The notes beneath the pieces are model-generated. The model saw only the letters and a program-made list of their open reading frames with translations, searched no databases and had not been told where the DNA came from. From Flaccisagitta enflata (lineage: Eukaryota): a stretch of 64,000 nt of DNA. Both the position numbers and the translations under genes were made by a program. This document shows positions 1 through 13,054 of the stretch, in pieces (the first letter of the stretch is position 1; each line of letters starts with the position of its first letter). The DNA is taken from assembly GCA_965153355.1 (NCBI GenBank), contig OZ231126.1, positions 26,288,001-26,352,000 of the forward strand. Direction: 5' to 3'.

Positions 1-331
1 AGGCAGGCAATTCATTGCATAATCCACGGTATTTCTGAACTGAAGAAGCCTATCGGACGAACGAACCGACATGAAGACAGGCCATCTTTAAAAGAATCGT
101 TCACGCATCGAAAAAGTTGTGATAGCAAGTCACGATCTAATTCATACTAACACACGCACTTCACTACTTGCACGCACACAAACACACGCAATATGCACAT
201 GCGTCAAACCTAAGAGTCGTAACGACTCATCCGCACACAAGTAAAATACTCACACCCAAATATAGGAGAATATAAAAAAGAAAACAGCGTAAAAGAAGAG
301 TCGAAGGCGTTCAAGGAAGAAGCGAAGGGAG

Positions 332-427
<96 letters not shown>

Positions 428-750
428 CTACAACAAGTTTGCTCCAATGCAAAATATTCCTGCCCAGTCCCGCGGGACTAGGAAGCTCGTGGCCGGTCTC
501 TCCGAGAAAAAAAAAACGACGCTATGGCGGCCATTTTCTACCTCGAATAGGGCCAAAGTAAAAAGGTTGGGTGGGGGTGACCATCCAGAAGGTGTTTGAT
601 CGAGATGTTTGGTTGTTGCGGATGTCAAGGTCTGATGTGGGGTCGGTCAATGGTGAAAATGAAGGAACGTGGGTGCGTGGATTTATCATCGGGGGTTAGG
701 TAAGATGTTGTAAGGTGTTGTATGGTGTTGTAAGGTGTTGTAATATTTAC

Positions 751-1079
751 CAGGGGTGTATGTAATTGAGTCGCTTTTGATTACCCCCCCCCGCCTTTAC
801 TTCCCCGCGACACGTTGCGTCGCATTTTGAAATCTATGAATCATAGACTATGATTGTCTTCCCATAGAGCAATAAAACAGTGTACTTAAGGCTTGAATAG
901 TATCAAATTGTATTTTACTAAACAGATTTTATGATTTGGTACTGTCAAAAGTTATATTTTCTCCCAAATGTTCTCCTTTTCTCTTTTTTCCCCTTTGACT
1001 TCCTTCCCCATCTGCAAACCCTTTGATTCCCCACCCCACCCCCAAGGGGGGGGGGGGAACTCAATTATATGCAGGCCTG
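751..1079. mobile_element. hAT-like MITE
   Basis: Imperfect TIRs CAGGGGTGTATGTAATTGAGT / CAGGCCTGCATATAATTGAGT; 8-bp TSD ATATTTAC (743-750) versus ATATGTAC after removing the adjacent TA-inserted MITE. Confidence 0.65.
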
Positions 1080-1082
1080 ATA

Positions 1083-1636
1083 CAGTAGATCTCGTCTAGA
1101 CTTGAGATAGCATTGTAGGAAAACAAATGAAGCCAGGGGAGTGATATTTGAAACAGTAAACTAATAAAGGGATGCTTTATTTCCCATGATAGCTGGATGC
1201 TATGGAAACGCATTTCTATGTATTTTCTCATAGATACCAATATTTTGAGAAATTTTTTGAGGGAACATTTTTTGAAATAAAATTTGCTACAACTTTCCCA
1301 CAGTATGTTCTGTAAGAATGTTACTCGTTTAGCGGTTGCTAGGGGTTGTCACACATGGATACGCTCCCTAGCAACGGCCAAACGAGCAACATTCTTACAG
1401 AACATACTGTGGGAAAGTTAAAGCAAATTTGATTTTAAGCAATGTTCCCTAAAAAAATCTCTCAAAATATTGATACTTAAGCGAGAATACATGGAAATGT
1501 GTTTCCATGGCAACCAGCTATCATGGGGAGTTAAGCATCTTTTAATTAATCTATGATCCAAATATCGTCCCCCTGCTTTCATTCGTCTTTCCACAACGCT
1601 TGCCCCCGTTATCTCAAGTCTAGACAAGAACTACTG
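1083..1636. mobile_element. Tc1/mariner-type (TA TSD) whole-length hairpin MITE
   Basis: TA|CAGTAGATCTCGTCTAGACTTGAGATA...TATCTCAAGTCTAGACAAGAACTACTG|TA; arms remain complementary up to a short central loop near 1345-1365. Confidence 0.85.
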
Positions 1637-2422
1637 TATGTACACACACTCGACTGATTCGCGAAGTGAAATCCTGGGCTTAAATCCATCCTTAAATGGA
1701 TATCCCTTGATTTAGAGCTTACATATAAGAATTAGTCATAGCGACAAGCAACTTAAAAGCTAAAATCAATAGATTTCAACTCAAGGATTTTCATTCGAAA
1801 GAAATACTACTTCGCGATTTACAATTAAACAAAGTAAGTGTGTACAGAGGAAGAGGTGAGGGACTTTTGGAGCATCACTTATTAGAAGAATAAAAGCGAT
1901 TGTCATCATTCCTACGTAGAGGCGAAACGTGACTGTTTATTATGAAGATGAGAAGCAGAAAAATCCGAGATCTGTACAGGTTGAAAGGGGCAAGGATGGT
2001 AGAGATTAAGGTTATTGGGCCTGACTGGAATTGAGAAAGGTGAGAGATTGAAGATGTCATGGGTTTTAGAAGGGAAAGACGGACGTGAGTGGGAGGTATT
2101 CAGGGAGTTAGAGGGAGAAACTGTTAAGTGATATCGGCGTAGAAAAAAAGAGGGAGGGCTGAGTAGTGGGAAAGAGATGGATGACATGTGTGTGATGAAA
2201 AAAGGTCATGGTGTACGGTAGACTCTGGGTGAAAAAGAAAGTGGTCATGGTGAACAATAGAGTAGGAGTGAAATAGAAAATGGTTATGGTGGACGATAGA
2301 CCAGGGGTGGAATAGAAAACGGTCATGCCGGTCAAGGTCCTCGTCTTGATTTGAAAAAGGGCAGAAGTCTGGTCCCAAGGAACTCGTGCCACCGACAGCT
2401 GCCTCACTGTCCGGCTCCACAG

Positions 2423-2484
<62 letters not shown>

Positions 2485-3023
2485 GCTCCACGGATCATCT
2501 CTCTTGGCCTCTTTGGGTTTGAGTTTCCAGCTTCTCAAAACTCTCTTCGAACGCTTTTCTCAAACTCTCCCCTTCTTTTTCCTCACTTCCTCACTTCCTC
2601 ACTTATTGTTGTTTTTGTTTTTGTTTTTGTTTTTGTTTTTGTTTTTGTTTTTGTTTTTGTTTTTGTTTTTGTTTTGTTGTTGTTGTTGTTTTTGTTTTGT
2701 TTAGTTTTTTTTTTGTTTTTGTTGTTGTTGAAGTAAATGTTGTGAATGCGCGTGTCTTTGACTCTGTCTCCCTCTTTTCCTACTTTCTTACTCAAGGCGA
2801 TTTTCATCTCGTTTTTCCTCTTTTATCATTCAGTTATCCTCCCCTTCACCACGCTTTATAAAAGCCGAGGAGGATAAAGAAGCGGCATTTTGTCCGTCCG
2901 TTTGTCCGTTCGTCCGTCAGTTCGTCTATAAGAAGGACATGAAAATGCAAATCGGTGGCCTAAGGAATAGTAATGTGAAAATTATGAGCAACAGAAAGGG
3001 AGCACGCCGGGAAAAAGAAAGAG

Positions 3024-3143
<120 letters not shown>

Positions 3144-3674
3144 CAGAGAGAGATGATCTGTGGAGAGAGAAAGGAAGAAGAGAAAGAGCCAAGACGGCCG
3201 AGAGTACATTTAAGCCGTTCTCACGTAAGACGCGGGGTTGATTTATGAGGGGACTTTTAAGATTTAAAGCCATAATTTGATGAGTCGAAAAAAAAGAACG
3301 TGAAATTTCAAAGCTTGGGAATGTTAATGGGGGTATTTTGCGGCGAGATCGTCTGAATGTTAATGACGCTTTTTTCAACACACGTGGAAATTTACTCAAC
3401 GCATGTCATGTGGCAGAGGTAAAAATGAAGAAAAATGAATCGCCCCCTTCATGTTTTTTTTTTCTTCTCAAGTTCGATGTCCATTTTGAGGTTTCCTCAT
3501 TGAATATGAACAAAATAAAATCATTCCATCTATTTCTAATTTAGCCTGTCAAAAAGAAAAAAACACACCTCCCCACAGAAAAATGGTCAAACTTAATTAC
3601 TAGTTATACGTATAAAAATGAATAACTGTAATAAGAACTGTGGCCAAAATTTCAGTGGCAAAATTCCAGCTGAT

Positions 3675-3755
<81 letters not shown>

Positions 3756-3959
3756 CTCTCTCCTTCCTTTCACTCCAACTCACGCTTCCATGATTTCGAA
3801 CGTTCATTATTGTGTTTCTTTGTTCTTTTTCTTTCTCCCTTTCTTTTGTGCTTTGCAATTTGACTTTTTTTCTTGCTCAAGTTTTTGTCGTGGTTTTCCT
3901 TTTTTCTTTCATTTTCTTTACTTTTCTCCTTTATTCTTCCTTTCTGTATTTTTCTTTAT

Positions 3960-3992
3960 CTTTTTCTTTCTTTCTTTCTTTCTTTCTCTTCT

Positions 3993-4024
<32 letters not shown>

Positions 4025-4156
4025 TTCTTTCTTTCTTTCTTTCTTCTTTTCCTTTCTTTCTTTCTTTCTTTCTTTTTTCTTTCTTTCTTTTATTTCTTTC
4101 ATCTTCTTTCCTTTTTCTTCTTTCTTTCTTTCCTTCTTTTTCTTTCTTTCTTTCTT

Positions 4157-4231
<75 letters not shown>

Positions 4232-4290
4232 CTTTTTCTTTCTTTCTTTCTCTCTTTCTATTTTTTTTTCTCTCTTTCTCTCTTTCTTTC
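3960..4290. repeat. (TTTC)n microsatellite
   Basis: Direct reading. Confidence 0.9.
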
Positions 4291-4858
4291 TTTCCTCTTT
4301 TTCTGCCTTCAGCTTTTCTCCGCCTCCACGACCTTCGGGCCTTATTTCTTTTGATAAGCAAGTCCAAATTGCTCCTCCTCTTCCTACTCCTCTTCCTGTT
4401 CCTCCTCTTTCTCTTTCTCTTCTTTCTCTTTCTCCTTCCTTCTTTTCCCTCCTTCTCTTCCTCCTCCTTTGGCGAAATTGTCAATCAAAATTTGGAATTT
4501 CTGTCATGATTGACCCCAAATATTTTTAGGGACACTCATGTATTCGATAACCTTCTTTATTCGGATCGCCTCAGAGCATTCCTTGTTAATCATGCTTATG
4601 TTAAAACGTCAGCTCCCCTTCCTGTTTGCTTTTTTCGTTTTTTTTTCTTTTCACAGTTTTAGTTTACATGTTTCATTACTTTTTTGTTTCTTTGTTTCGT
4701 TCAATCAAAGTACAGAAATTCTTGAGTCTTCCAATCCTACACATTGCCTAGACTATTAAATCCCATGTGGTGACTCTTTCCTTACACAAATGCAACAAAT
4801 GTTGTGAAAATTGGCTTTAAGAACAATTTTTTTAGTCGTAAATGAAAAATTGCCTCTT

Positions 4859-4998
<140 letters not shown>

Positions 4999-5494
4999 TC
5001 TCTTCAATTATGTGGCTCACTGCCGCTTTTTACATCTGCAATTTGATTCTTGATTAAATTAAATCGAGTTTGACATGATTTCTCCTTTCTGCTCAGCTGC
5101 AAATTTTTTTGCAATTGACAAGTACGTTTTGCAAAAGATTAGGAGGAGTAGAAAGAAGGAATTGTGTGAGGGTAAGCCAAAAAGAGATATAGAGGGTTAT
5201 GAGTTATGACTACAGGCGTTAACAACGGGGAGATCAAAATCAGAGACAAAATGGAAGAGAAGAAATGAAATGGTAATTGGCAATGGCGATAGCAATGGCA
5301 ATCTGGTAGTTTAGTAGTCGCCCTTTGCTTATGTAAATTGTAGTGTAATGCTAATGTATATTTTCAGAACAAAAAAATGTTGATTAGATTCTTGCGGTAT
5401 CATGTTCCAATGTATGAAGCCTAAGCATTTCCGTAGTTCATCTGTAAACCAGCACCCTTCATTCATTGTAACGTCTGTTTAGTTATCTCGATAT

Positions 5495-5588
<94 letters not shown>

Positions 5589-7426
5589 GCGCCAGCAGAT
5601 GCGGACTTCAACAATGGAATTTTTCCCCCCGCCTTTGATTCGCTTCTTTTCTCTTTGACGGTTTCATAATTAGATTTTTTCTCCTTTTAATCCCCGGCCA
5701 ATCTACCGGCCAATCTACCGGCATAAGCCGTCATTTGCCGGCATAGACCGCGATTGGTCGATTTGCCGACTCACCGACAAGCCAATCTGCCGGGAGTCCG
5801 GTAATCTGCCGATTCGGTTTTTTGCGCAATTGTGCTTGTCCGTGTTTTTGTGGGTCTGCCGGTTTATCGATTGGCCGATTTGCCGATCTGTTGGTCGGGC
5901 GTTCAGCCGTCGTTCGAGGGTCGAGTTTGATGGAAAGTCATCGACCGAGTCTTATGTTGGCCAGTTGGCCAACATCACCCTTTCCAATATTCGAAAACTA
6001 AATCAGCAACTTTCCGGGTAACCTTGAATATGGTTACCAGCAAACTCTTTCGCCTCTTTCGAATCATTGACGTAACAACCATCATCACTCCACCCAATAA
6101 CAAAGATCATGACTCTTTCATTATCATTAACTTTACTACTTCCATTCCTCTTTTCCGCGTTCCAACTGCGGGGCTATAGTTGAGCTAGCTGCCAGATGGA
6201 TTATAGCATCATGATTAAGTTTTTTTCTTAAACATGACGAACAGCGCCGGGGTTTCCAATTCGAAAACGAAAAAAGGGGCAATTCTGAAAAGAGTACGGA
6301 CGGTCGTCCTCGATTCATTGTTTCGTTTACGTAATGGTTAATCCCTTGCAAGATAAAACGACTGTCCTTTGTTTACCTTTTTTAAGTCTTCAGAAAATAA
6401 GTTCAATCCGGTGATTCGTTTTGCTGAATATTTCATTCACGACTCGATTCTCTACTCGGGACTCGGCTGAAGGTTTTTCTTATTTCTCGCTCTCTCTCTT
6501 CTTTTTTTTTCACCACTGTTGTTTATCGCCCGAAGTAAAATTGTCATTTTGTCAGCAAAATGTCAGAATTGAAAAGAAAAGGAATGAGAGATAAGTGTTT
6601 CATTTCGTTCGTCTGCCTGTCCGTTCTTCCTAGTCCTACCCTTATTTATACCCCTTTTATCTGCTTACCTGTTTTTCCTTCGGCTTTTCTATTGAAATAC
6701 TGGATTGACCAACAATTCACTTATGAAAATAAGGATGGACTAGGGAAGACCAAACATTCGATATGAAAAAAAAAGAGAGAAGTGGAAAACAAAGGAATAC
6801 GGAAGTGAAAAAATACAGTGTCAGAAATACAGATTCACAACATGGTTTCAGAAGAAATCAGAGAAACACGCAGAAATATGTCAGTTGTATGGGGAAGAGA
6901 AATCACATATTGGACAGGAATGAAATGGAGAAACTGAAATGGCTGGTAAAAAAAAAGCAACAGACTAGAAAAAAAAAGACACTATTAGAAAAAACAGAGC
7001 GGTGGCAGGAAAGAAATATTGTGACGCTCCTAGTGAGTAAATGTAAAAGCAGGGATTGAAAGGAAGCGAGAAGCAGGGAATGAGAAGCAGAGAGTGAAAG
7101 GCAAGAAACAGAAGGGAGTGCGGAAAGCAGGAAGTACCAGCAAAGAGTAGAAAGCAAAAAGAAGAAACAATGCAGGTCGATATGTCCTTGAGCAAATTCA
7201 GGAGGTAGCGAGTAAGACAACATAAGCAGGAATCAAATTGCGAGACAGCAAATGAAAGAAGTTAAGAATCATACAGCCTAAGCAAAATGGGGCAAAAAGC
7301 ATGAAGCAAAATAGAAGGCAGCAAAAGCAGGAAGCGTAATGCAAAAAGGCGAAAGTCGATGTGCAATAATATCTGTCTCAACCGCTGGAGGGCGTCAAGA
7401 ATGATGCGGCTTCATCGAACGCAAGA

Positions 7427-7487
<61 letters not shown>

Positions 7488-8782
7488 GTAGACGAGTGTC
7501 AAAAGTGACAGTCTCACAGTCGAAGAGTTTTCTGGATCGCGCAGAGAGAAGCCAATATAACTAAATCCCTCATGCAGATATATCCAAGATGGTAGGGGGA
7601 GAAAAAAAGAGAGGAGTGGTAGGGTGGGGGGGGGGGCGGGGTGGGGGTAAGGAACTTTCATGCTCTAAGAGGTAGAACAGGGGAGGCAGATTTCGTGGTC
7701 CTAACGAGGCGATTCTAGTTGCATAACGCAGATTGTTACTTGAAGAAATGGTTAGTGTACAGGACTCTCACAATATGGAGGAAAAGCTGATCAATCCTAT
7801 ACATGTACTTGGTGACCTTAAGAATGTTTGTATGGGCAGACAGTCGGATCAGTGGGTCAGTGTATGGATGGTTTGATGGATGGAAGGATGAATGGATGGA
7901 TGGACGGCAGTACCTCTTCTCTTTTTATCATCCTTTAAGTCTTTCTTTCTTTGTCGTTCTTTGTATCTATATGTGTTTATATATTTGTTTCTTTCATTGT
8001 TTCTTTCCATGTTTTTCCTTGTTTCTTTCAATCTTTCCTTCCAACTTTCTTTTTTTTTCTTCTTCTCTTTGTTCCTCTCTCGTTTCTTTCTTTATTCTTT
8101 TTTTCCCCTTTTGCTCCAATGCTCCCCTCTTTTTTATCACGATTTTTTTCTTTTATTCTCCTCGCTTTCTTTTTTCCATTTTGAAATTTTATGATGCACA
8201 TTATTTAAACCCCCTTTCTCACATTTCAAGAGACAATAAATCCAAAATTGGTTTCGTTCAATTCCTTCTACCGCTTTTGGCCGCTATTTGCCGCTATTTG
8301 CCGCCATTTGCCGCCTTTCTCGGGCGTGTACCGCCTTCCCCTGCCTTCCATCGCCATTTTCAGCCCCCATTACCGTTAACTTTTGCCACTTTTTGCCATC
8401 ATCTTCCATCTTCTGTTGACTGCTGCCACTGACTTAATGTGGTTGTTCTCGGCAGCATTACCCACCCGTTTTCGTCGTTGGTCACTCCCAGCAAGCCTCA
8501 TCTACTACACCACCATCTACAGTATCCTGTCATATTCTTCCAGCCTGTGGCGGCTCTTGCCATCTCCTGACGCCTCCTGTCGCCTTCTGCCGCCTCCTGT
8601 CGCCTCCTGCCGCCTCCTGTCGCCTCCTGCCGCTTCCTATCGCGGTTTGTCGCCTCTGAAATCCAATCCCAAATCAATTCCCAAGTTTCAGAACCGTAAA
8701 AATTCGAATGGGACGCCGAGAGGAAGAAAAAGACAGACACCCAGAATAAAGTACAGACAAACAGAGAGACGGACCGACAATC

Positions 8783-8821
<39 letters not shown>

Positions 8822-9216
8822 AAATGAGGGGAAATGGAGGAGAGACAATGATATCATTACAAGGATAGACGAGAGAAGAGGAAAACTGAAGGAATCACGG
8901 AAAGACAGGGGAACAGAAAGCAACTGTTTTTTTTTCTTTTATTTATTTTTTTTTATTATTTTTTTTTTGTTAGGTTTTGTTTGTGTTTAAACGGCAGGAG
9001 GGGATAAACAGAATATTTAAAACTGTTGCGTAGAACCCGGATCTAGATGGTCGTGTTGCAAATCCGGATGAAAATAGGGACAATGCATCAACCGGATCTG
9101 AATGGTCGACGCGCAAAACCCACCGCGAAAAATTTACCTCCCAAATGAATCTTTCCCAAAGTCCTAAGTGAGAGAGGGACAATTTGCATTCCTGAATTGT
9201 CGTGCACTTTCTTTCT

Positions 9217-9298
<82 letters not shown>

Positions 9299-10297
9299 GT
9301 TTCTACGCCGTTGTCTAAGCCCCCTGAGGGGCGCCGTTGTATCGATGGCATTAATTACGCGTCTTTCCCGAAGTTAATTAGCGCCTGTCCCAAGAATTCG
9401 GCTTCTTTTCGCTCCGTTGAGCAGTCACACCAGCAAGCTCGCGATGCCACACCACAACTCCTACCACACCACAACATACTTCCGACCACACTATCCTCCA
9501 CGTCACGCTAACCATCTATCACTCTAAGCGCCCATGCCAAGTGGTGCCTCACCACTCGTCCTACAGTACAACTTGGAACACCACGCAGTGCCACCTGACC
9601 ACACTTTTCACCACGCCATACCATGCAGTTTTAAGTGTGAGCCAAAATGAGGATCAGTTTCAGTAAAACACATCGCATGCACACACGCACTCACACACAC
9701 ACACAAACATACATTGCGTCCTCAACATGAAAGAGAAAGAGCTACACATTCACATCTTAAAAATCGCATCAAAAAATTCAAAAAGCAAAAGTAAAGACAA
9801 GAGAAAACTGCAACGACACAAGGTTGCAGGAAAGAAAGAAGAGGAGCAGAAAAAGGAGGGAGGGTGAGGGGAAAGGAGGAGGAGGAGGAGGAGAAGGGGG
9901 GAGGATGAAGAAGAGGAGCAGGAGGTGGGGGAGGTTCCCTTTCAAGTTGACTGATAATCGGAAATTTTTCGTCTTTTGGGAATTTGTTGAGTTTTGGGGG
10001 GAGTTTAGGAGGAGGAAAGAGAGAAGATCTGATAGAAGGTAGAAGTGGGATGAGGGTGGACTTAAGACGGTGGTCCTTGCAGGTAAGTAATGGGAATATG
10101 GGAGTGGGTGAGTGGACATAGACATCAATTGGGGATAGGGAGAAAAGTCTGTGTGGGCATGGAGGATGGGGTGTGGTCGGTAGATGGGGAGAAGAAAAAA
10201 GCTGGAGGTTTAAACTTGGGGTGGTGCTGTAGGGTGGAATTTTTTTAATCAGCAGCGCTAGAGGAGACAAGGCAACCATGCGAAGATACGACGGAAC

Positions 10298-10360
<63 letters not shown>

Positions 10361-11063
10361 AGAGAGAGAGAGAGAGAGAGTCGTTCACATGCTTCCACAC
10401 CACTCGGTTCTCATTTCATTCCTTTTTTTCCTTCGCTTTTTTGTCTCATTTTCTTCGTCTTCTTCTTCTTCTTCTTCTTCTTCTTCTTCTTCTTCTTCTT
10501 CTTCTTCTTCTTCCGGAAGAAGCTAAAGAAGCTAAAGAAGCTAAAGAAGCTAAAATTCTTTTATTTGCTTAATTAAAGGAGCTGTTGTTATAAATGACTC
10601 ACATAATGTGCCCAATTTCTTCACCTACTTTTTTCCTCTCCATCTTCTTCTTCTTCTTCTTCTTCTTCTTCTTCTTCTTCTTCTTCTGCTTCTTCTTCCA
10701 CAAAAAAGACATTTTATCGCCGAAAACAACAACGAAATATTTCAAATTGGACATCGAAAATTCAAGCTCGTCGTCCTCTTCAACATACTCAAATCTGCGT
10801 CGATTTTGATGAACTCCCGCCGAGTTATGTAATAAAATGCTATTTCAAAATTGCATTTTACACGCGTAAAAACGGTCTTCGCCATAATCACGTGATCATT
10901 TTCGAGTCACGAGTCCCGGGCCAAAGACACGAGTCACGAATCGAATTGGCCACCGGTCAAGAGTCACGAGTCACGAGTCGAATCGGCCACCTGTCATCTC
11001 GTACGGCAAAAGTCGGATTAACAACGACGGTCACATCGCCGTAGAACTGACAACGACGAAAAG

Positions 11064-12914
11064 ATGCCGGAATCGCTCTCTACGTTCCTTCTGACTCCGC
11101 CTTACAAAAACAAGGAATATCTGAAGCATATCTGTGATAAACTGAAGTTGTCAAATGAAGGTTTCGCGGAACCTCTCAGAGAACGCATCATAAAGCATGT
11201 TGGGAACAACGAGCAACTCGACAATAAGGTGAGAGAAATAGCGCGCAAATTGAAGAAAAAGAAACATTCTATGCCGCTAACGCCAACCGTCCATGTTTTA
11301 CGTGGGAGTTCGCCTACAAGAGTAAGATTGAGAGCCAACTCAACGGCAACGTCAACGCCATCACTCTCACAAACGGATCTGTTTGAAAATGAAGATGAAC
11401 TTGAACAATCCATTCTTGAAAAGTTAGACGAAGCAGAAGAAATGCATCACAAACTCGTCAGACTAAAGAAGAACAATAACAAATCTCTTGGCGACAATAT
11501 TGATGAAAATGTCGACGACGACGACGATGATGACGACGATGATGACGACGGCGACGACGATGGTGCCGACGACGACGGTGCCGACGACGACGGTGCCGAC
11601 GACGACGGCAAGGAAAGCGACGATGAAGACGGTGAAATCGGCTAAATCGGCGTTGAAGGCGGCGTTAACCGTGGCGCCGGCGATGGCGCCAGTCACAGAA
11701 AAGACGACGGCGACAAAAACAGCGCCACCCCGACCCAAACGACTGCTGTTAAGGAGGTGAATGACGGCTCGAAAATCCAAAGATTGGAATCAATGCTAGA
11801 AATGGCAATGAGCGTGGTCAAGGCCAAGGACAAACAAATCAAGGCCCAGGATAGACACATAGGAAGTCTTGAATCATCCATAGCCCAAGTTGTGTCAGCG
11901 GCAAATCAGCTCATGGAGAAACATAATAAAGAGTATGAGGGGCTTAAAGTCTCAGTCCAAAAACTGTCCGAACAGTCCGCCAATACTGGACAAAAACTTG
12001 ATGAAACAGTAGTGCAAATCCGGCAGGCTGAAACAAAGATAAGCACGGACATCATAAACATCAACAGCGCGATGCAGAGCATGAAACGTCCCGCACAGCC
12101 AACTCCTGCCACGCCATCTCCACAAAACATCAACAATGCAGGCCTTGAAGAACGGCTGCGCAATGTAGCAAATGCGACTAGGGCGCCCTCACCAGCTACT
12201 ACAGCAACTGTTGCGGCATCTGATCCGCCGAAAAATGTTCTCATCATCGGCGACTCCAATACGCGCCATCTCGACCCGAAAATGCTCCATCATGAGAAGC
12301 AAGTTGTCATCGAAACCAAATCTACACTGGACAAGGCCATCAGTGAGATTCAAAGCATTCCGGATCCCGGAAATGTTTCCAATGTGGTGATTATGTCAGG
12401 GCTTAACGACCTGAGATCGGAGCAGGTGCAAGTTTCTGACGTTGTCCATAAAATGCAAGATGCCTGTAGAGCCTACAACCGGAAATTCCCAAATGCAACA
12501 ATTCACATGGGAAGTGTCGCGCCAGCAAATGATAAATGCATTAATTACAATCAACAATTAAAACTGATGTCTGATGAGAGACAAATCCCGCTCGTCTCAG
12601 TAGATCCGATGTTTGACAGAAATGCGCGCAACCTGAGGCCGGACATGCACAATCTGAGGCCAAATATGGTAAAGAAAAACGATGTTCACTACGCAAGAGC
12701 AGGCGTCGCAACTCTGGCCAAAGAAATCAAAAGGAATATCTATGGCAAACACGAACCATCAAGTCCTCGTCAGTTTGACCCGTCTAATTTCGCACGTCAT
12801 GGTGTACCTCAACAGCCATGGACTAACGCTATGCAAAATGGAAGACTGAACGACCCACGCGGAGCAATTGCCAATTTCCTTAGCATGGCAATGGCCCATC
12901 TTGGCAACTTATGA
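11064..12914 (+). pseudogene. LINE ORF1 (616 codons) interrupted by one in-frame TAA at 11643-11645
   Basis: ORFs 11064..11645 and 11757..12914 share a frame with no other stop between them. SGNH blocks IIGDSN, SGLNDL, NDVHY; coiled-coil-like segment IQRLESMLE...INSAMQ; N-terminal SAP-like LKHICDKLKLSNEG..PLRERI; poly-Asp tract. Confidence 0.82.
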
Positions 12915-13054
12915 AAGCCACCCTCTGAGTCTCAAGAGCAAAGTAATGAGGAATATACAAACCCAAAGAAAAGTAAGTCAAAGCGCAGTATGGTGAATGC
13001 AAGATATCAGAAAAGACACAAAAATGGACCCTGCTTTATGCAAATGCTCGTGGC

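Noticed and set aside
1655-1820. Weak inverted repeat suggesting another MITE
   Set aside because: Arms are too degenerate and no TSD could be defined.
12911-12928. ATGA stop-start overlap at the end of ORF1, in the ORF2 frame
   Set aside because: That frame hits TGA at 12926 and further stops before the endonuclease, so it cannot initiate ORF2 as written.
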